A stretch of 64,000 nucleotides of DNA from Lingula anatina (lineage: Eukaryota; Animalia; Brachiopoda), in assembly GCA_051362555.1 (NCBI GenBank), contig CM120644.1, forward strand, positions 7,262,954-7,326,953, given 5' to 3'. This document shows, piece by piece, positions 33,265 to 47,000 of this stretch (its first letter is position 1; the number at the start of each line of letters is the position of its first letter). The notes under the pieces are model-generated. The model did not search any database and had not been told where the DNA came from. It saw only the letters and a program-made list of their open reading frames with translations. Position numbers and translations under genes: made by a program.

Positions 33265-36200
33265 ATGGCGGAGGCACTGGTGAAGCAAGCTGTAGAGTAC
33301 GTTGCAAATCATCCATGGCTTTTATTAGCAGGGATTCTTCTCTACGCCGCTTTATTCCTTATATCTTCCACCTTTTTCTCCGGGCCGAGAGCGGATAAAA
33401 ATCCGTTCGAGACCGACGCCCGTCGACCGCCGCAGCCTCTTGTGACAGATCATAAAGCAAGAGATGCAGTTTTGAAACAGGGTAAGGTTATTGCATGTGC
33501 TTTTGCTGGTATTGTGACAGATGTTGATCTTTTCCAACCGACCCTTGCAATAATGTATTAACACTAAAAAGTGATGCAGAATCTCTTTTAGTATAATTCT
33601 TATTGTCTTCTGATTATGACTCATCTCTTGCCGTCTGAACTTATTCTGACCCTGGACTCTTGAACCCCATTATTATATGTCATGTTTATCAAGTACAGAT
33701 CTTGAGAAATGTTCACTCCTTGAACCCAGGGCTTAACCGGTACAAAAGGGTACAAAGTATTTTATACAGGTTATCATCATCATTGTCATACCTGGTATTT
33801 TGACATTTGAAGTCGACCTTAACTTAACTGCCATATACACATCCAGCACCCTGAGCTTCAGAGATAACTTGACACTAACCTCTTCACTTTAGCCTATCTT
33901 CATCGTGTCAAGTTACCTCTGACGAAAATAGTTTGACCTAGTTTATATAAGCCAATCGAATCCAAGTTTCAAAATTTTTCACCAAAGTTTGGTGAAAACG
34001 CTGATTGGTTGACCGTCAATCGGCAATCCTCGGCTGATTCCGCAAGCTCCATACTAACAACAAAGTGCGGAGACATCCGAGTAGTTCCGAGTGCATAACT
34101 GTACACAAAGAAACCATGGCGTCTCGTACGAGTGACTTCGTGAAATAATGTGTTAAGTTATCTCTTGATTCTTTGCAAAATATGAGTATATCCGAATTGA
34201 AACCAGAGCAGTTTGAGGCCCTGCATCATTATCTACTGAGGGATGATGTCCCTGATATTCAGCCTTATCTTTGATTGGTCCGGATTTGAACAAAGCGCGC
34301 TTTGACTCATTCGCGTTCATTGGCTAGATCGTTCAATGAGTCATTGAGTGCGGGCTTTAAATTTGATTGGCGGGTGGCGGAGGCAATCGAATGTGGTCAG
34401 AGGTAACTTGACACGATGAAGATAGGCTATAGTGAAGAGGTTAGTGTCAAGTTATCTCTGAAGCTCAGGGTGACATCCAGTAGCTGTACATAAATTTACA
34501 CGAATCTTTTTTCTTCAGGTTTCAAACATGGCAAAGTCCCAGACAAGCTAGATGCCATAGTCGTAGGCAGTGGTATAGGGGGACTGGCTGCAGCCGCCAT
34601 CTTGTCTAGGGCTGGGAAACGCGTTCTGGTACTGGAGCAACATGACCAGGCTGGTGGCTGCTGTCACACATACATTGACAAGGGGTACGAGTTTGACGTG
34701 GGTAGGTATAAGTACTTTGTATTGAAGTGATTTTGAATTGGTTAATGCATTGCATTGCTGTACTGTCACATAAAAATAACATAAAATACTTAAAAAATAA
34801 TTGCTGAAGAAAAAAACAGTGATGATTTTTATTTCAGTCTACAAGGGAATAAAGGCACTGTAAAATGAGTTGCTGATGAAAAAATAAGTCTCTTTCTTTT
34901 GATTTGACATTGGTAAACTTCCCATCAGAAAATGACGCTGTAGTTATTTGCTGTAATATTAATGTCACTCATTGGCAATTTACATCAATTGTTTGTGTTT
35001 AGAATTGTGTTGCACTCAGTTTGCATAAGGCTCAGCTGTGACATGTACTATAACGTTCAGTGGAGGGGTAGCCATCATATTTCTCATCATATATTACAAG
35101 TGTATGCACTTATCAGATCTACACGTTAACCTCTCCCCCAGGTATCCATTATATAGGAGAGATGCATGAGAAGAACCTGATGAGGTTTATACTGGACCAG
35201 ATGTGTGAGGGTCAGTTGCAGTGGGCCAAGCTGGACGATACCATTGACACAGTGAGTGTCCACTTATGAATGACCAGGGTCAATTTCTTCAGTTATCCTG
35301 AGGAAAACAGCCATTTTTGTCCACTTATGAATGACCAGGGTCAATTTCTTCAATTGTCCTGAGGACAGCAGCCATTTTTGTCCACTAATGAATGACCAGG
35401 GTCAATTTTTTCAGTTGTCCTGAGGACAGCAGCCATTTATGTCCACTTACAAATGACCAGGGCCAAGTTTCTTCAGCTAGAATAGCGCTAACACTCACCA
35501 ATTCAGCCAAATGCTAAAAATGACCAGAGTTGGCTACACAAAAAAATGGTTGTTTTGATTTGTTTTAGTTAAATTTAAACCACTAAGAAAAAAAGTGATA
35601 AAAAAGTAGTGATTTGGCTAAGAGAAAAAAATTGCCAGCGCTACCTCAGATCTGGATAAGTGTAGCAGTCATTTTTGGCATGCTGTATATTGGGCTAAGG
35701 GGTACATTTTTGTAGTAGTGCTTACTTCTCATACATGCACAGGAAAATCGTACATGTTTCTCACCCAAAACCCATAATTTTAAATAGAATATGCTGATAT
35801 CACTGCTTTGATAACACCATACGTAAGGTGATATCAGCCCCTCGTTATATAAATTAGGTACAACAGTACTCTGATCCCAAGTTCCGTCAGTTATCCCAAG
35901 GATGGCACAGATTACTAGAATATAAACTATATCAATGTGACGCCATAACATTTGTTAAAATTTTTATTTAATATTTTAATAGTACAACAGCATTGTTTTG
36001 TGATTCCAGGTAGCTCTAGGAGATGCTTCAAACCCTCGACTTGTTCCTCTAAAGGTTGGCCTCAACAATGATTTCCAGAAGAGTCTCCTGGCAGAGTTCC
36101 CAGATGAGAAAGAAGCCATTAATAAATTTATGGACATGTTGAAGGTAGTTACGGAGACTTCTGGGTAAAAAAAATCCTGTGTCATTTTGCATTCTTTTGA

Positions 36201-38944
36201 CACTACATGTTTTTCTGATAAAGTTTAACTAATTTAAAATTAAATGCTGTTTTGATATTTAGGTATGTACTAGGTAATTGTAAAGAAACATATCTGGTCT
36301 TCTGATGTTAGTGACAGATTCACAGTGTCATCAAACCATTGTGTCAAAATTAAATATAATTTGGCTGTTAATTTCTTAATCACAATTATAAACCATTACT
36401 GACATCAGTGTTGTTAAAAGTATGTCATTGTGATTAATTAAGAGTTGGTCTCCTGTGGAAATATGTTGGAAGAAATCAATATAATGCTTGACATTTCACC
36501 CGTTCGTCAAATGGTCGTGATCACATGATTTACTTAGCGTTGAGTCATGGATTTGAACTCTGAACGTGGAACAAAATTTGAGCTCAAAACTGAAATATCC
36601 TGCAGCACAGCTAAGAACATGTTAAGTCTCTTAAAAAATGATAAATTATTATAATTCTTTACCCAGTTATTATGGCATTTCTACTTCCAGCAAACTCGAC
36701 TAAATTTCCAAGGCTACATGCAGTCCAAGGGCATGGCAACGTGGTTGGCTAAGTTCCTGGTGAAGACTGGCCTCCTGAAGTTTACGACTAAATATTTCAA
36801 CTACTCCCAGAAGACCCTGAGAGATGCACTGAATGAACTCACAGATAACCAGGATCTCAAGGCCGTGCTGGGGTACTGTTTTGGAGATTATGGTGAGAAA
36901 GCTTCACCACGACAAATGCATTTGTCACACCTAACAGGCTAACACAATATGCTATACTTATCTACTTTAGCTATTACCATTCATCTTTTATTCTTTTATT
37001 ATATATGATTACATTATATTTTATTTTGTTTTATTATCTTTAAAATTAATTATTAAGAAAAATATTTTATAGACCACAAAGAGTTCACATGAGCAGACAG
37101 CAAGAATCATTATTACAAACATAGTTATCACATAGCAGCATTACAATTCACAACACTGACATTTTCAGCAATGTGTGACAATCAACCACCAATACCTTAA
37201 CTTCAGTTGATTTTTTTTTTTTTTTTTTTTTTTTGTCACAGGTGTTGCTCCTAAAGAAGCCAGTTTTGCCATGCATGCCTCTCTCCTCAACCACTACCTG
37301 AAAGGTGGCTGGTATCCAGTAGGGGGCGCCAGTGAGATTGCCCACAGTATCATTCCTGTGATCGAGAAGAGTGGCGGCAGAGTACTGGTGAGGGCCAGGG
37401 TGACCCAGATATTGTGTAACGAGAAAGGAAGAGCCAGAGGTAAGTGTCGCGTCTTTTGGCAGAGGCCTGCAGAGGGAGGCACCTGTCTTAGCTAATGCAA
37501 CTAGAATTTATGCAATTTTTAAAAAACCTTTTGGTTTTTTTGAACAGCATTTCTCTCACCAAATAGATATTCTGTCTTTTTGGATCAGAACTGATAAAAA
37601 TAGAGGATCAATTTCAGCTCACTACATTCTAACCTATTGGTACAGTTGATTTGGTATTTATAAAAGTCCCTTAAAAACCTTAAAAAATTCCACTGAAAGA
37701 AAACCCATAGATTTGCAATATAGAGGGCAGCACTTGCTGTGACAGCAATACAGAGCTATGTTGATTGCAGCCAAACTGTTCCATGTTAGTGAGAAAGAAA
37801 GAAGAGTTATGCAGTTAAGGATAAGAGTTATTAGATAGAAAAAATGTTGAGTAAAGCATTTTAGAGGTAAGATAAAAATAGTCATGTTAGTTAATGTTTG
37901 CACTGGAAAAACGACTAGGCTGAATTTTTAACTTAAATTGTATGAAACATTTTATTTCAGGAGTGAGAGTTCATAAGAGCAGTGGTGACATTGATATTAC
38001 GGCACCTCTGATCATATCTGACGCTGGAGTCTTTAATACCCTTAATACCCTACTGCCAAAGGAGGTGGCCCAGAAATCAAGTGAGTTTCAGAGAATTGAA
38101 CTTTTAGACATAGTAGTAATTCTCACTTCTTTACAATGGTTATTATTTGCTTTTATGAGAGGCAAGATGTTTGCATGTTCATTTTTTTTTTTCTGAGACA
38201 ATTTTATTGTAGTTTTGAATGAGGTTATTGCAGGGGAGTCAGATTACAATCACACACACACACACACACACATAGACACATACAAACACAAACACACACA
38301 TGCATGCACATTAACATCCATGCACACCAATGTTTCAATAGACTTTACGTAACTTGGATTTTCCATTTAATAGCTGTGAGCCAAATATTTCACACAAAAA
38401 CTGTGTTTTTTAGCTGTGTTCCCCTATCTCCCCAAGTTAAAGAATGGCTGGGGTGGCTTCAATATCTTCATTGGCCTGAAGGGAACAAAGGAAGAACTCG
38501 GTCTGAAGCCAAGCAATGTGTGGGCCTTCACCCAGTATGTATTCACTTTCATTGTGTTAGCATTGCTGTGATTGCAATTTCCAAATAGAGAAACCAAAGC
38601 TTACTTAAAATGACATATATAAGTTTATGTTAATATAAGGCATCCAGTTGAGAGTAAGTATTCACATTTCTCTCTGTCTGGTCATTGTAAATAGTATATT
38701 GGCAGACACTGTAAGAACTGAAACTTTTTAAACAGATTTTAAAAGTTTGTGTATATATGAAATGATACATGTGATCGTGATATTACAGGAGTGATCTTGA
38801 TGGAGCCTTTGATGAGTACGTGGCCAAGCCTGCAGAAGAAGCTGCCGAGTGCGACGTCCCCTTGATGTTCATCTCCTTCCCATCAACTAAAGATCCAACT
38901 TGGGAGGAGAGATATCCTGGTAAGAAAGACTGCATGTGTGCGTG

Positions 38945-38979
<35 letters not shown>

Positions 38980-39181
38980 ATGCGTGCGTGCGTGCGTGCA
39001 TTCAAGCACATGCATGACCTAATGACAACCTGTGCCGTAAATGTATCAGTTTTTTGTCATTTGGACCACCAGTTTCCTAAAAGCTAAGTAGCTTTTCTCA
39101 GTCAGGATTAAATGGTATGAATTAAAATTTCAGTAAGACGGGACATTTCCCCATTATATGTCATATTAAGATATTAATTTT

Positions 39182-39212
<31 letters not shown>

Positions 39213-41356
39213 GTAAACTTAGAATCAACATGTAAGAGTTACATTGCTGAAAAAAATTTAATTCAAATCGAAACTCTTTTGAAAACAAACATCAAAAAAT
39301 CTAAGGGTGCTGTCATATTACCAAATTTACACATTCTGAACAATCTGCTGGTCCAAGCAAAATTTCAGTAGGCAAAGGACCAGTGAGTAACAAGGCAGTC
39401 AGTAACTAGAAGCACAGTTGTACAGTATGTGTCTTAGATTCCAGGAAAACCATTCCTTATGGTGTATGAAATTTGCACACTCTTTTAAACTTTTACTTTC
39501 AAAACCCAGGCAAGTCTACCTGTGAAGTTGTAACTCTCCTTCCCTGGGAGTGGTTCAGCAAGTGGGAAAATGAGCGGGTGATGAAAAGAGGGGAGGAATA
39601 TGAAGAGTTGAAGAACAAGATTGGACAAAGGATGTGGGATCGTACAGTGCAGCTCTTTCCTCAGCTGAAGGATAAGGTAGACTGGGTTGAAGTTTTGTTC
39701 TTGTTCATATCGAACAGTTTGATCATTTCTCACAAAAATTTTTTCCCAAAACATTCTTTATTCATTTAAGTTTTAATTTTCGACAAAGAAAATAATGTTT
39801 TTCAAAAACTTCTATAGATCACTCATTGATCCATCACTTGGGTTTGTCCAGCAGTTAAAATGAATAGATTGTTGACAGGTGATTGAATGTTTTTGCAAAA
39901 TTGAAATAATGTACTTCTAAAAAGTATGTGATATATCAGCAATAGTATAAAAAAACATGATGTCTGTGGGGAACTTTTACCTTAATCAGCCCAACACTCC
40001 CAGTCACCACTAATTATATATAAGATGATTAATTATTGTTTTACCTACAAGCTTCATACTCAATGCTATCATGCTGCCCCCTATAGGTGGATTACTTTGA
40101 CATTGGCACGCCAGTCACCAATAAGCACTACATTGAGGCTCCACGCGGAGAGATCTACGGACTTCATCACGATGTTGACAGGTTTGGGGAGGAGTTGTCC
40201 ATGACCCTGAGGCCCAACATTGGTGTCCCAGGGCTTCTGTTGACAGGTAATACGTGAAACTGTCATGGCTGAATGTTTAAAGATCCATACAAAGTCAATT
40301 TTCTGTCACAAAAACCAACCAAATGCCAGCATATAGTTTTAAGTAGTATAACTAAGAGAATTACCAAAAGGCATTGTTTAATTTTACCCGAAAATGATGT
40401 TTGAACGGATTTTTTCTGCTGGCATTTTTTCAGCTGTATGTCAATAGGGCAGGAAAGTAGGTCACGAAAGTAGGTTAAATTTACAACCATAAATTTAAAG
40501 AAAGGAGCAGTCTAAAGGTCTTTTTTGGCTGATCGAGTGATCTATTCAGTTTATCCCTTGGCATGTCGAATTTATTTGAGTCATTTAAGAATCTAGTAGA
40601 AGTGGTTTACATATGTTACTGGGAATCCATGCTCCACCGATGCTCGGTTCGTATGTACCTTTAAAGGATTATGCCTGATTTCAGGACTTTTAAGTCTTCA
40701 TTTTGATCGTTTTGTAATGTCTAAATGCAATGACAAATTGCAAGGTTTCAGAATTTACAGTTTTTACAACTTTCACCCAAGCATTGTTAGATATCATCTT
40801 CAGAGGACATTTATGTAGTCTCAGTTTTGTTTTGATTGGGAGATGAACAGAAAAGGGATTGGATCTTCCACTAAACACTAGTTGTTCAGATTACAGTGAA
40901 AGGAATTACAGTTCTGATTGTTCCTATTTGCCAGTGGACTATTCCATATGAAACAAATTAATCATACAACATGGCTCTAGACTATGATTTTACTTTTACA
41001 TGATATGTTGTAGGGACCATGCTTTGAGGTTTCATATAACACATTCCACAGAGGTGCCACATCATAGCCCTTTTGTGATATACTGTACAAATGTATCAGC
41101 CCCCTCCCTTCCCCCCTCCTCTGCACGTGTGCACGCACGCGTGCACACACACACTTCTACAGGCTGACACAACGGAACACAACCGTGAATGTTTATACAA
41201 ATTATGTAATCGTTATACATTTCAGGGCAAGACATACTGAGCTGTGGTTTTGTTGGGGCCATGGCTGGAGGATTGTTATGTGCATCTGCTGCCCTGCACA
41301 GGGATGTTTATGATGATGTCTTGAAGCTGTACAAGAAAAGCCGAGGAAAGAAGTGA
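33265..41356 (+). CDS. RETSAT: All-trans-retinol 13,14-reductase (retinol saturase) copy 1, 12 exons, ~624 aa
   Basis: Exons: 33265-33481, 34519-34701, 35142-35251, 36010-36144, 36691-36892, 37242-37439, 37961-38080, 38414-38534, 38789-38919, 39510-39676, 40087-40246, 41226-41356; total 1875 nt, open frame. Features: N-terminal TM anchor, NPF..D.RRPP.PLVTD..AR..VLKQG, Rossmann [79 protein letters not shown]. Confidence 0.95.
33847..34472. mobile_element. MITE with ~77-bp near-perfect TIRs and 8-bp TSD (hAT/P/Zisupton-type TSD length) in RETSAT copy 1 intron 1
   Basis: Termini CACCCTGAGCTTCAGAGATAACTTGACAC... / ...GTGTCAAGTTATCTCTGAAGCTCAGGGTG. TSD ACATCCAG at 33839-33846 and 34473-34480. Confidence 0.92.
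35258..35478. repeat. 61-bp tandem repeat, ~3.6 units
   Basis: GTCCACTTATGAATGACCAGGGTCAATTTCTTCAGTT.TCCTGAGGA... starts at 35258, 35319, 35380 and 35441. Confidence 0.92.
38932..39000. repeat. (TG)n/(TGCG)n microsatellite
   Basis: Directly visible, just after RETSAT copy 1 exon 9. Confidence 0.9.
40281..40660. mobile_element. Kolobok-like MITE (TTAA TSD) in RETSAT copy 1 intron 11
   Basis: TTAA|AGATCCATAC...GTATGTACCT|TTAA. It is the reverse-complement homolog of 50414-50729. Confidence 0.8.
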
Positions 41357-41664
41357 ATTTGGGAGGCTTTTGCCTTTATGTCAACGCCTATCTTTGTTGA
41401 AGGTTGTGAAACCTACCAGAAATGTGCAGGAAAAAAAAAGTGGATTTTTAAAGTCTTCTAGATATTGTTTATTTACAAAATGGGAGTTTGTGGGAGGTAA
41501 AGGAAGACCAAGAAAACTTGGGTGATTGCGTGGGAGCTTTAACATGTGAGATGCACCACCTAATTGCTGTAACAATATTTTTGTTGGGTTAAACAGAACT
41601 AAAACTGTTGAATTCCTAAGAGATTATAGAGTCTACAATACTTCGTGGAGTAAAATATCACTTT

Positions 41665-42217
41665 TACCCCGTTCACACTACGCTCAGTTATCCGGATAAA
41701 TTGCGAATTAGGTCACAATTCGAATAAATGCAGTAGTGTGAACGCAAGAGGATTTTTGTAATGCGCATTTTCAAAATCCTGCAAGCGAGGTGGATTTCTA
41801 AGCGCGATCCGGATAACTTACCGGAATCGACACCTGTACAGATCTAACTGCACATGCGTGCAGATAAGTGCGGGTATCTATGAACGCTTGTTTATTACTT
41901 TAGCGATTGCACCAAACGTATTTGGAGGTCGCCACTCACTACAACATGAGGAAACAAACTTATTTTGCCATCTTATACTTCTCAAGAATGCTGGAATGTC
42001 TTTAGAGTTGCATTTGTCGTCACAAATTGTTGTTGGTATTTTAAGATTTTCTGTGCGGCGCATGCGCGAGTGTTCAAAACAGGAAGTTAAACCTGAAATT
42101 TTCAACGTGGGATTCGGATTCGCTTAGCGTGTGTGAACGCAATACCGAATCGGATTCCTAACGAAAAATTCGGATTATAGAAATGCGCATTTTTGCAACT
42201 GTAGTGTGAATGGGGTA
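41665..42217. mobile_element. MITE (PIF/Harbinger-like termini) between the convergent RETSAT genes
   Basis: TIR TACCCCGTTCACACTAC / GTAGTGTGAATGGGGTA, flanked by TTT on both sides. Internal subterminal GTGTGAACGCAA and CGGAT repeats. Confidence 0.8.
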
Positions 42218-42867
42218 TTTGAACAATTTGCATTTAAATATATTAAAGATATTCTTTTATTGAAGCTCAATATTTGCGCAAGGCTTAGCAAAAAATCACA
42301 AAACTTTTCATATAGTGTGGGAAAATATTTGCACAGCACTTATACAGAATTGTTATATTAAAATGTATTCATCAATATATGTATATTATCATATGTTGTT
42401 GCTTCTTCTGGCGTAAATATGATAAAATTACTATCTTTCTAAATTAGGCAAATAACATATTAGAAAGTTCTTGTCACTGTAATCAAGTTCATCAAGCTAA
42501 AACTACATGCAAAAGCATGTGTCGAGTTTGCAAGATGACGCTGTTTTTTTTTTGTTTTTTTTTTTTTTTCAAAGTTCTTGAATGCTTCAACAGTATTTGC
42601 CGCTCCATTCGCAGTTCTGCCGCATATCCTTGTTTGTAATTCACTTAACCAAATATATCTATGCATTTAAACTTCAATCAAATTTGCTACTGATGGTCTG
42701 AGTGTGATAATCGTGCACACATGGCGGTTTTTAAACAGGAGCAGCCTACACGCTTTGGAGCTGCCGTCAATTGTTAACAAAAGCCGAGTTGCCATAGAAA
42801 TATTTCTGACCAAGCAAGCGCTTCGTGTAGTAAACCTAGTGGTGACTATGTTGACCTCGAGCAAGGC

Positions 42868-44042
42868 TTATTTTCGAGAATTTTTCTTTGTAGCTTTCTG
42901 GAGACTGAGAACGTCTTGGAAGAGTTTTCTATTAAGGACCACTTCTGCTGTCAGCAGGCCTGCAAACAGTGCTCCGACCACTCCGCATGTTAGGACGTCT
43001 TGACCTGGAATTGCAACAAACACAATCACAACCAGCACAATCATTGACTGTCACACCTAATACAATCCCTGGAAGTGCAACACACTAAAACGCGCCAGAA
43101 CACTTTGATATGAAAAGAAAATGTAGTACAACGCGATTACAGCTGTTGATAGGTAGCCATTTCATATCGCGGCGCTTCGCCATATTGTCAGGCGTAGCTT
43201 CCAGTGACCCCATCTCCATGAATAGCTATGTCGCTGCCTGGGCATTGATCATAGAATACACAGTAGTAACCATAGAAATAATCGATGGTTATTTAAAATA
43301 TTGATTAAATAATTTTTCAAATTAGAAAAAAGGTTTATCCAACCCCAGGGACACCCCACCCCCCAGTCGCATTAGCTCCGATTATAGTTCCATCAATCCC
43401 CATAGATTCAAATCCCTCACCCCGACCGACTAGAAGGAGACGGCGGAAACGCACGGACAAACTGGGCTTGCGGGATAAAATGTCTTGTCATAAAAATCAG
43501 GGATAATTAACGAACACACCCAATGATTGAGACGTTTTAAATATTAAATTATCATTCACAAAACCTCACTACATCATCCATTACATGTGAGAATTAACCC
43601 CTTCCGTGCATGGCTTATCGCCAATCTCATCAAGAGATTGCGTCATACCAAACACAATACATACTTTCTCAGATCAGCATTCCGACAACTCCACACGAAA
43701 CTTTGATCTTTATCATAAAAGATATGAAGGAACAATTATTCACAAAGTTTCCACATTATTTCGTACAGATTATTTGCATTGAATTTAGTATTTACAAAAA
43801 AATCGTGTATTTTTTAATCAAATGTAGTAAATCTTTAATTATTCCCATGGCTACCCTTGCTGTCAGGGCGTTATAAATCTAGCTTGCTCACTATAGGGGC
43901 CTACCTTTTCATGTGTTGACTTTACGGTATTGCTGATGTGGGTTATTTATAAAACAAGATCGACCTGGCAATACCGAAATCTAGAACCTAGGGTACCCAT
44001 GACCCAACTTATACTGTATTCAATAATCCGATCCGCCCCCCC

Positions 44043-44073
<31 letters not shown>

Positions 44074-47000
44074 ACCTTGGCGTGGGGTTCGGGGTCCCTT
44101 CAGCGGGCCCCGAAAAAAATTGGGTATTTTAGCGGGCGAACGGTGCTATTTGGGACGGTTTAGAACTACGATTCAGCTAGTTAAAATTCTTACCTCAAGA
44201 GGGAGTGATTTTTTTCAGAAATCGAAGGGGGGTGGTTAGGACCCCCCTGACATCCTCCACTGTCCATTAATTGGTCAGAATTCCCTCCAGAAGGAACCCC
44301 ATACTAGCCTGCATGCGTTCACACACATTCACCTGTTGCAACCAATATCCATATCACATCTAACACAATGTCACAACCACAATAACCCATTCCACCCTCA
44401 CCTGTTAGCAGTAAACCTGGAATGCCAACGTCTGGACGGAGCTCCGTTGATATTTCGGCAGAGCACCGCGCCCTGTTTTCTTCCAGGCCGTACAACTCTC
44501 CGCGTGGCGCGCCGTAATAATACTTGTTGGTCAGCGGGGAGCCGACTGTCATGTATTCAACCTTGAATAACATAATGGATACATGTAGACTGCCCTCTAC
44601 TAGGATGGCAGATATTACAGGCACAATTTCAACATTTGACGGAGAACCAAATGACTGTACATGTCTATTTATCTAGAGACATATCTGTGAATATCTTGTG
44701 AAAAATCAATATGTCGCCCTGGTGGAGGGTACATGTAGACCATGTCAGTGCTCTGTTGCCATACTCAGACCGAGGGTTTGGGACTCAAGGGGAACCCTGA
44801 ATTATATTACAATCAACATTTGAGGATATTGCAAAAGCAGAAAAGGGATCATCCGAGATATTCGTATGGCTCGAAGTCCTGCGATTTAGTGTACAGGAGT
44901 GCGGTCTGAAAAAATAGTAGGCTAACGATCGCGAGTACGGTGCAGCAAAAATAAAAGCTGGCGAAATTTAACAAAAAACAAAGGTAAATGACTTCCTGGT
45001 TGTTTTTTTCCTAAAGCTTGTTGAATTACTGTTTTTTGCACTAGTGCGAATTCACCACGTATCCTGTTAAAGTTTGTTAAGTCGAAATTCCCAACGCAGA
45101 GTTTCACCTTGATCGCTTTTCGCAGTTCACCGCATCTCCCACGATCCTTCACACATAATCTCGTCACCTCACGCAGTGCCGACATCCTAGTGTTTCTTAA
45201 TCTCGAATGATCCCCACTGCGAGATTATCTTGCTTATTAAAACTGCAGCTTTAATTGGTTGGTAATACATTTTATATAATTAAAATACCTTTTATATAAT
45301 TAAAATTGTATTAAATCCTACAAAGGTCCTAAAATTTTAAGAAATTTGCTGGACATAAATTTCAGTCTGGAAACGATTATTTCCAAAAGTTTTAGTTATC
45401 TTGGTCGCTTTGCATTAAAGTTATGTTCGTTCCCAAAGAATGCATCGTACCAGTTTGCGTTAATCTTGCCCCATTCAGAATAGGGGACTAACTAGCGCAA
45501 GGGTCAAATATGGCCGACCCACTTGAATACTTCCCCACGGGATATCTATTCAGTGTCTATTAGCGGATTAGACGGCAAGCTTTATAGTGGGTCGCTATAT
45601 TTGACCCTCGGACTAGTTAGTCCCCTAATCTGAATGGGCCCCTGAAATATTAATAAAAATAAAAAACAGATTTCCCTTCTCCAAAGCCAAAGCGAAAGTT
45701 TTAAGAGCATTGTGTACAAAGCCCCCCCCCCCCCCCCCTACAATTTGATATGCAAACACTGCAAGCTTTTTTTCTTCTTTTGTAAGCATAGAGTTGTGAT
45801 ATTGACAATAGCTTTTTCCTTCCTTCCCCTCAAAAGTCTCATCTCAAAATTCTGGAAATTAGTTATGTAATATTTTAACACCGTTTCCAAGTATCGAGTA
45901 AGAACGTCAGGACATGTATGTTGGATAAGCGCCTGGAGGATACAGCATGGTTAGCCCCGGTTTCTTTCCCTTCTTTCCCTCACTTTCTCTCTCTCTCTCT
46001 CTCCCTCGCTCGCTCGCTCTCCCCCTCCCTCGCTCTCTCTCTCCCTCTTTCACACCGGGAAGGAAAAGAGTCTTAAAGCTGAAATACACGAATTTGCGGT
46101 TCGATATTTTTTATTCCCTTTTTTGGGTTTCGGGGGGAGGAGAGGGGTCAACAATTTACACTCACCTTATCCCTCAGCTGGGGCAGGTAGGACAGCGTCG
46201 ACTCCCAGATTTTGTTGGCAAGAATCATCTTCTGGTCCTCGTAGTCCTCTCCGCGGTGGTTCACTCGCCCTTTTTCCCACTCATCGTACCATGCCCATTC
46301 CGCTGGGGCTATCACTATGCAGTTTGAACGACCTGGTGATCACAAAGAACACATTTAAAAATCTACATGTTAACACCAATAGTACACAATCAATGGTCTA
46401 AACCGAACATCGGCTTCGGCATCACCGACACATTGCTTTTATTCCAGTACTTTATGGCTTGGAATACAGTACTTTATCTTTGACTATCTAATACGACCAG
46501 GTCCATGCATGATGTCTAGACAGCTAACTTACAGTTTGGGTAAATTTGTCACAAACATTTTACTTTTATGTCAGTGAATAATTTATATGTCAAATATCGA
46601 AATGTTAGGACATTTTACAAAGCCAGACATGCTTTTGGCGACCATCTGAGGACACAGGGTTTCATAAGATGCCGTTCCATACCCAAAAATTCCCTTTTTA
46701 ATTTTTGATTCAATTATTTTAATTATTTCAATTTTAATAATCTGGAACAAGTTTCTTGATCTTGTCACAAAAATGGAGAATTCGTGGTGTTTCTTGGAGA
46801 ATAACAGCGGCACCTATGTGCACCATTAAAAAAAGGCTCCGGTTGTAACTGTATATAGACGCTGGGTCTACTGCTATACATAAATACGCATTATTTTAAA
46901 ATTTCAAATAATCTGGCCAAATATTTTGCTTTTAACACAAAATTTGGCCGTGTAATATGATACACTTTCAGCTCGACCGGACATACATGTACCTCAGACC

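Noticed and set aside
38160-38180. miR-31-like sequence AGGCAAGATGTTTGCAT
   Set aside because: The 3' part diverges and the downstream sequence is poly-T, so there is no hairpin partner arm.
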